Source: Thermofilaceae archaeon
GTDB taxonomy: Archaea; Thermoproteota; Thermoprotei; Thermofilales; Thermofilaceae
Assembly: GCA_038861545.1 (NCBI GenBank)
Contig: JAWCCZ010000002.1
Span: 192,001 to 256,000 of the forward strand
Direction: 5' to 3'
DNA length: 64,000 nt
Shown here in pieces: positions 58,615 to 64,000 of this stretch; the first letter of the stretch is position 1; every line of letters begins with the position of its first letter. The position numbers and the translations under genes were made by a program. The notes below the pieces were generated by a model. That model was not told the DNA's origin, did not search any database, and saw nothing but the letters and a program-made list of their open reading frames with translations.

Positions 58615-59613
58615 GTGCATCTTGAGCCGCCATCAGGTGTTCACCGCTTATCTTTGAATGAAAATCTCTTCCTCCCCAAGGAGTTAATCCTATCCATTAC
58701 CCGAAGAGCACTCGAGTTGATCGATCCAAGGCTTTACGCCGACGTTTACGGCGAGGGATTAGCGGAGAAGCTTGCAGAGTTTCATGACGTAGATATGAGA
58801 GAAATTATTGTTGGCCCTGGAGCCGACTATATAATTTACCTTTTAGCCTCGCTAGGGAGAGAGGGGGTCGTAATAGTTGAACCGACCTTTGAGGAGTACG
58901 AGCGGGCAGCGTGCCTCTTCGGAGCGCCAGTAACTAAAATCCTATTAGGCGAAGACTTCAGTTTAATCCCTAGTCGGATTAGACAAGCTTCAGGTCGGAT
59001 AGTGTACATGGCTTCGCCTAACAACCCTACTGGGAACCAATATGATAAAGCTGCTGTAGAAGAGGTTGCCGACTCAGTGGAGAGTATAATCGTAGTGGAC
59101 GAGGCGTATGCAGAGTATGGACGATACACATTAATCCATGAGGCTCCAAGCTTGAATAACCTTGTCGTGGTTAGGACATTTAGTAAAGCGTGGGGGCTTG
59201 CCGGTTTGCGAGTAGGTTACGCTGTTACGAATGCAGAGCTCGCGAAGAAACTTAAGGAAAAGGGGAGAGTTTTCGCAACTTCAATCCTTTCACTGAAGGC
59301 CGCAGAGCTTATGCTGGATCACTGGCATGAGGTAAGCAAAGCTGTAGAGGAGGCCAAGCTAGTAAGAGATTGGTTGATCGGGGAGATAGCTCACATCGCT
59401 AAACCATACCACTCTGATGCAAACTTCGTAATGATTCGGCTTCCCTTCCGCAGTGATAAAATAAGAGAAGAACTGTTGAAACGGGGATTCGCTATCAAGG
59501 ACATTAGTATGAAACCTTTATGCGAGAATTGTATACGTGTTACTGTCGCGCCTAAACAGATAAGTGAAAAATTCCTTCAAGCATTCCGTGAAGTGATCCA
59601 AAGTTTAGCTTAA
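58615..59613 (+). CDS. hisC: Histidinol-phosphate aminotransferase family PLP enzyme
   Basis: LSLNEN, SPNNPTG, DEAY and RTFSKAWGLAGLRVGY motifs. Confidence 0.8.
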   Translation: MHLEPPSGVHRLSLNENLFLPKELILSITRRALELIDPRLYADVYGEGLAEKLAEFHDVDMREIIVGPGADYIIYLLASLGREGVVIVEPTFEEYERAACLFGAPVTKILLGEDFSLIPSRIRQASGRIVYMASPNNPTGNQYDKAAVEEVADSVESIIVVDEAYAEYGRYTLIHEAPSLNNLVVVRTFSKAWGLAGLRVGYAVTNAELAKKLKEKGRVFATSILSLKAAELMLDHWHEVSKAVEEAKLVRDWLIGEIAHIAKPYHSDANFVMIRLPFRSDKIREELLKRGFAIKDISMKPLCENCIRVTVAPKQISEKFLQAFREVIQSLA

Positions 59614-59700
59614 TCTATATGCTTACATTTGAGCTAGTGTGGAGTAGGTTACTTGATAAAGGACTAAAGAAAAAAAATACGTTTAATACTTTGGGGTAAG

Positions 59701-60822
59701 CTAACCAGTCAGTACCGCTTTTTTGACGGCGTTTAGGACTTCGAACTGGTCACCTTTACTGCGAGCTTCCTCTAATTCCTCCTTTTTAGCATATATTAAG
59801 AGGGCTTTTTTCATAAGGTTACCGAAGATTTCTCTGCTAAGCGCCATCGCCTTCGTGGGGTCCATTCTGTATGTGAATTGGTCTTCGCCAAACCAACCCT
59901 CATAGCCAGTGTCGATAGCTGCGTACAAGTAATCCACGAAGCGCCATACATCTCCTGTTCCAAATACCCGGTCCTCATCGTTGCTATGAAGTTTAGCAGT
60001 ATTAACGTGGAAGTTCGCTATGGGTACACCCATTTTATGCAAAACGTAAACAGTGAAAGCAGGTTCAACTGCATACATTTGCTCGTGACCGTAATCGATT
60101 GTTACGCCCATGTACTTACCTCCCAGTTCTCGGTTGATAGTATAAGCTATCCAGCCCGCTAAGTGTGTAGTCGGGATGGTCATATTGCCCTCTTTGGGCT
60201 CTTTCAGCTTCGCTTCAACCCCGAACCTTAAACCCAGTTCCTTAGCCCTTTTAGCCGCTTGATGACACGCTTCAATAAACCATTCAAAGTGCTTACCGTA
60301 ATTAACTTCGAAGTTGTAGTCCCATCCGTCCTGACCCGGCCAGAAGCTGAAAGCCTCGCATCCCACGGCTTTGGCGATGTCGGCTGCTTGCAGAAGCACC
60401 TCGAGCGCTTTTTCTCGAACCTCCTTCTTCGGGTGAGTTACACTGCCGAGCTTCCACCTAGGATCAGTGAACATGTTCACGTTCATCGTTGTAGCCTTTA
60501 GACCCAGTTTTTCGAGAAGCCCTTTAACTTCGGTGATTCTATCCTCCACAACCTTCAGCTTCCCATCGAGGAATAGAACATCGTGGAACTCGATTCCCTT
60601 TATACCGGCTTTCGCCACCCTCTCCATCTGGGCTTTTATACTGCTGTCGAGTTCCGGCCAATAACCTTGCGTAGCGAACCTATCCAGGAAATCGCCGGCA
60701 GCCCAGTGGCCCGCCGCGAACTTAATGTTGAATTCCTCGAAGAACCTGTTAAGCCTTTCGCCTTCAAGGTACCCTGCGTACTCACTTTCCAGCTTGGATA
60801 GTATGTTTTTGTCTACTTTCAC
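59701..60822 (-). CDS. Xylose/rhamnose isomerase-like TIM-barrel sugar isomerase
   Basis: FHD, WPGQDG, EAK-x-KEP, D-x-GHEQM and DEDRVFG align with XylA metal-binding motifs. Confidence 0.8.
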   Translation of the reverse strand: MKVDKNILSKLESEYAGYLEGERLNRFFEEFNIKFAAGHWAAGDFLDRFATQGYWPELDSSIKAQMERVAKAGIKGIEFHDVLFLDGKLKVVEDRITEVKGLLEKLGLKATTMNVNMFTDPRWKLGSVTHPKKEVREKALEVLLQAADIAKAVGCEAFSFWPGQDGWDYNFEVNYGKHFEWFIEACHQAAKRAKELGLRFGVEAKLKEPKEGNMTIPTTHLAGWIAYTINRELGGKYMGVTIDYGHEQMYAVEPAFTVYVLHKMGVPIANFHVNTAKLHSNDEDRVFGTGDVWRFVDYLYAAIDTGYEGWFGEDQFTYRMDPTKAMALSREIFGNLMKKALLIYAKKEELEEARSKGDQFEVLNAVKKAVLTG

Positions 60823-60916
60823 GGTTTAACCTACCGTGCGCAAGTAAAAATGGGTTACGCAGCAAGCCGTGGATGCATGGCCGTTAATTCTTTAAATTCA
60901 GGCTGCTGGAACCTGC

Positions 60917-61447
60917 ATGGATGCTAAAGCCCCTGCCCTATCGGCGTTGATCGCTGCCATGTACGCTGTGCTTGTGGCTGCGCTTCCAATGGTCTCGTTC
61001 CTCATGTGGCAGGTCAGGTTGGCTGACTCGTTACTTATGCTGAGCACGGTTTTAGGCTGGCCCGCCATAATCGGAGTTACCGTCGGCTGTTTCATAGGTA
61101 ACTTATCCGCGCCGTGGGGATCCATCGGGTTAATACTGCTTGACGCGGCGCTGGGCAGCTTAGCTAACTTCCTGGCTAGCTATGCTGGTTACATGCTGGC
61201 CTACGGACGCGGGCTAAGTGAGAAGCTGGCAGCAGCTGTAGCGGAGATAGTGATCGTCTCCTTCATCGTGGGTACTTACATCAAGTACCTCATGCTATGG
61301 GCTTTTGGGATAAATATACCCTTAGCGATTAGTATTTTGGGCGTTGTACCCGGTTCCGTTGTGGCGATCGGCGTACTCGGTACGGCCCTAGCCGTAGCCT
61401 TGGAGAAAAGAGTTCGGATCGGCGATTGGCGCCCTTCAAGTCCATAA
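60917..61447 (+). CDS. queT: QueT family ECF S-component
   Basis: ALIAAMY, QVRLAD, GVTVGCFIGN and D-x-x-LGSLA motifs. Confidence 0.8.
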   Translation: MDAKAPALSALIAAMYAVLVAALPMVSFLMWQVRLADSLLMLSTVLGWPAIIGVTVGCFIGNLSAPWGSIGLILLDAALGSLANFLASYAGYMLAYGRGLSEKLAAAVAEIVIVSFIVGTYIKYLMLWAFGINIPLAISILGVVPGSVVAIGVLGTALAVALEKRVRIGDWRPSSP

Positions 61448-61551
61448 CAACTTTCCCGAGCTCTTCTTGGAAAAGGATTAAACTAACGGATAGTTTAGCC
61501 GGGTTAGTGAACTCCGCGATGTTTCACTTAAAGCCCGCTCCGGACAATGGA

Positions 61552-63156
61552 TTGGGTGATGCCCTTGCTGCTATTGAGGTGAAGAACCTATCCTTCAGAT
61601 ACTTGGGGAAAAGCGAGCCGGCTTTAAAGAACATAACCCTCGAAGTCAAGCGGGGCGAAGTGGTTTTACTCGCGGGGAGGAGCGGAAGCGGTAAATCCAC
61701 ACTAATTAAATGTGTAAACGGGTTGATCCCGCATCGTTACGAGGGAGTGTATGAGGGCGAGGTTAAGGTAGACGGGTTATCCGTACCGGAAGCTAAGCTC
61801 TCCCAAATATCTAAGGTCGTCGGGACAATTATGCAGGAGGTGGGCAAGCAGCTTGTGCTACCGACGGTGATAGACGACGTCGCCTTCGGTTTATGCAATT
61901 TATGCCTGGATCGCGAAACTATAGAAAATAAAGTAGAAGAAGCCCTTTCCCGGCTTGGTATCGCTCATCTGAGAAACAGAGACGTAAACGAGCTGAGCGG
62001 GGGAGAAAAGCAGAGGGTAGCCATAGCGGGTGTCTTAGCGATGAACCCCTCTATTGTACTGATGGACGAACCCCTGGCCAACCTTGATAGTGAAGGCGTG
62101 AGGCTAACTCAACAGTTGATAAGGGAGCTAAAAGCGGAAAAGAGAACCTTGCTCGTCGCAGAGCATAGAGTTGAGGAGGTGCTTGACGCTGGTGTTGATA
62201 GAGTATTTATCATGGAGCAGGGGATGCTAGTTAAAGAGGTAGAGGACGCGCAGGAGCTAGCCGAGTTCGCAGGCACGCTCAAACTTCCAGCGAGCATATT
62301 TGCTAGGAGTGGGAAAACCGTAGCAGTTAAAGAGTTAGCTGGGCAAACAGCAGGTAAAGTCGCCGTGGAGTTTAGAAACGTCAGCTTTAGCTACGATGAT
62401 AGACCAGTGCTCCGTAACATCAACCTGGTGATAAGAGAGGGGGAGCGTGTTGCTCTGCTAGGCAACAACGGGGCGGGGAAAAGCACGATAGCTAAGCTTA
62501 TAATCGGAATTCTAAAGCCGACCAGTGGAGAAGTACGTGTTTACGGAATGGATACGAGAAGAAAAGATGTGTATGACCTCGCCCCCATAGTCGGCCTAGT
62601 TTTCCAAGACCCTTTTAACATGCTGTTCGCGCGAACCGTTAGAGAAGAGCTTTCATTTGGTCCGCTTAACTTGAGAGTCCCTGCAGACGAGATCCCGGCT
62701 CGAGTTAAACAGGCAGCTGCTAGCTGCAGGATCGAACCCCTGCTAGAGTATTCGCCTTTCGCCTCAAGCCACGGCGAAAAAAAGAGAATATGTGTGGGCT
62801 CGATACTTGCGATGAAGCCGAAAATACTTATATTGGACGAGCCCACGGCGGGGCAGGACTATGCCAGCTGTACTTCCTTTATGGAATTCATCAATAGGTT
62901 GATTAGCGACGGTATAGTGAGGACCCTTATCCTAATAACCCATGATACAGACCTGGCTGTAGAGTATACTGATAGGACAGTAGTACTCGCTAATGGAGAA
63001 ATCGTGGCAGAAGGCCCTACACGCAGGCTCCTAGCTGATTCAAACGTGCTTCTTCGTGGAAAGATCCGTGAAACAAGCCTTATTAGAGTTAGCAGAGAGC
63101 TGACGGGTGGAGCGGAAGTACTTAGACTAGGCGAGCTGCTCTCCGGCAACTTGTGA
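61552..63156 (+). CDS. ecfA: ECF transporter tandem ATPase (fused A-A')
   Basis: Two Walker A motifs (GRSGSGKS, GNNGAGKS), LSGGEKQR and SHGEKKR; start probably TTG 61552 rather than 61426. Confidence 0.9.
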   Translation: MGDALAAIEVKNLSFRYLGKSEPALKNITLEVKRGEVVLLAGRSGSGKSTLIKCVNGLIPHRYEGVYEGEVKVDGLSVPEAKLSQISKVVGTIMQEVGKQLVLPTVIDDVAFGLCNLCLDRETIENKVEEALSRLGIAHLRNRDVNELSGGEKQRVAIAGVLAMNPSIVLMDEPLANLDSEGVRLTQQLIRELKAEKRTLLVAEHRVEEVLDAGVDRVFIMEQGMLVKEVEDAQELAEFAGTLKLPASIFARSGKTVAVKELAGQTAGKVAVEFRNVSFSYDDRPVLRNINLVIREGERVALLGNNGAGKSTIAKLIIGILKPTSGEVRVYGMDTRRKDVYDLAPIVGLVFQDPFNMLFARTVREELSFGPLNLRVPADEIPARVKQAAASCRIEPLLEYSPFASSHGEKKRICVGSILAMKPKILILDEPTAGQDYASCTSFMEFINRLISDGIVRTLILITHDTDLAVEYTDRTVVLANGEIVAEGPTRRLLADSNVLLRGKIRETSLIRVSRELTGGAEVLRLGELLSGNL

Positions 63157-63201
63157 CCACGCTACCGTTAAGGATTTAACTATTCGCATGATAGCTTCCC
63201 C

Positions 63202-63777
63202 GTGGGCCAAGGACAGTCCGCTAAAAGGCCCGTGATATCAACCACAGGTATCGTCGCCATGGGTGTGGGGACAGCGCTCTATGCCGCGTTTAATGTTTTC
63301 TTCAACGTGCTTCAGCTACCCGGCGCTCAGCTAGTTGCGCTTAGGCCGAGCGTCAGTATACCGATGTTCTTCGGCTATGTTTTCGGCCCTATCGTGGGGT
63401 TCGTTTCCGGTTTCCTAGGCAACGTGATTAGCGACGCGATAAGCTGGGGTGGCTTCTGGTGGAACTGGGATGTCGGCAACGGCCTACTCGGGCTGATACC
63501 CGGATTCGCAGCTTATTTTCTTTCGAAAGAGGATGTATACAAGCAGAAGGGGTTAATCGTCTGCGCAATATTGGCAATAGTGGCCTCGGTTATAGGGATG
63601 GGTTTCGCGGCATTCACTGACTACTTGTTCGGCTATGGGATATCAACAATTGAGGAAGCTATTTACGCGCTGTTTTTACCTGCTGCGGTGACCGACGCGG
63701 TTAACGGTGCTATCCTAACGCCGATACTGGTTTCAGCGTACGCTTCAGCAGTGAGGGGCAGGGCAAGGAGAGTTTGA
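63202..63777 (+). CDS. ECF transporter S component (UPF0397/MtsT-like)
   Basis: IVAMGVGTALYA, LRP, FGPIVGF-x-GN-x-SD and WWNW motifs. Confidence 0.85.
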   Translation: MGQGQSAKRPVISTTGIVAMGVGTALYAAFNVFFNVLQLPGAQLVALRPSVSIPMFFGYVFGPIVGFVSGFLGNVISDAISWGGFWWNWDVGNGLLGLIPGFAAYFLSKEDVYKQKGLIVCAILAIVASVIGMGFAAFTDYLFGYGISTIEEAIYALFLPAAVTDAVNGAILTPILVSAYASAVRGRARRV

Positions 63778-63778
63778 A

Positions 63779-64000
63779 ATGGCTAGCAAGGTCATCAGGT
63801 ACGTTGAAGGTAAAAGCGCGGTACACAAGCTAGACCCGAGGTCGAAACTAACACTAGTTTTTTCTGTTGCTGTGTGCGCAACGCTAGCGTACAACCTCGC
63901 TCTAGCTCTTCCTATTCTCGCATTCTCCTTAACAGTTTACTCACTAGCCAGGTTGCCGTGGAGTAAAACTAAAAATACTTGGAGATTTATACTTTTTATC
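63779..64000 (+). CDS. ecfT: ECF transporter T component, 5' part (runs off window)
   Basis: MASKVIRYVEGKSAVHKLDPRSKL followed by hydrophobic segments; missing from the ORF track. Confidence 0.85.
   Translation, partial: MASKVIRYVEGKSAVHKLDPRSKLTLVFSVAVCATLAYNLALALPILAFSLTVYSLARLPWSKTKNTWRFILFI

Noticed and set aside
61426-61551. N-terminal extension of the ECF ATPase in the ORF track
   Set aside because: It overlaps queT and precedes the conserved AIEVKNLSF start; probably non-coding
1-64000. Numerous 60-160 aa ORFs overlapping or antisense to the annotated genes (e.g. 17408-17998, 19877-20554, 49266-50051, 62109-63149)
   Set aside because: Shadow ORFs with Ser/Thr-rich antisense composition and no motifs, lying over well-supported genes

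Overview
This is a 64-kb gene-dense archaeal chromosomal segment, most likely from a Thermoproteota (Thermofilaceae-like) thermophile. The taxonomy is inferred from class I LysRS, Taw1, NucS, GapN, a SAMP-like protein and TATA-type promoters. Housekeeping genes (asd, lysS, nnr, nucS, alaX, gapN, taw1, hisC-like, a P-type ATPase) are interspersed with many transporters (an Fbp/Afu-type ABC system, three MFS, ECF, QueT, a flippase). There are also scattered carbohydrate-catabolic genes: GH5, a DUF4038/GH140-like hydrolase, xylose- and fucose-isomerase-like proteins, a class II aldolase and two UroD/MtaA-like proteins. The standout feature is an 8.6-kb three-gene operon at 22721-31318 (- strand). 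Two distantly paralogous OPT-like membrane proteins flank a 1526-aa fusion of an apparently inactivated PA/M28 peptidase ectodomain with a MacB/FtsX permease module. It has no linked ATPase and lies behind a ~390-bp spacer of about 20% GC. The 52.8-58.5 kb region looks like a variable, decaying patch with an orphan flippase, VapBC, gene remnants, a solo Cas4 and a VapC pseudogene. No rRNA, tRNA, CRISPR array, integrase or transposase was recognised. All family calls come from motif recognition by eye; no database was searched.
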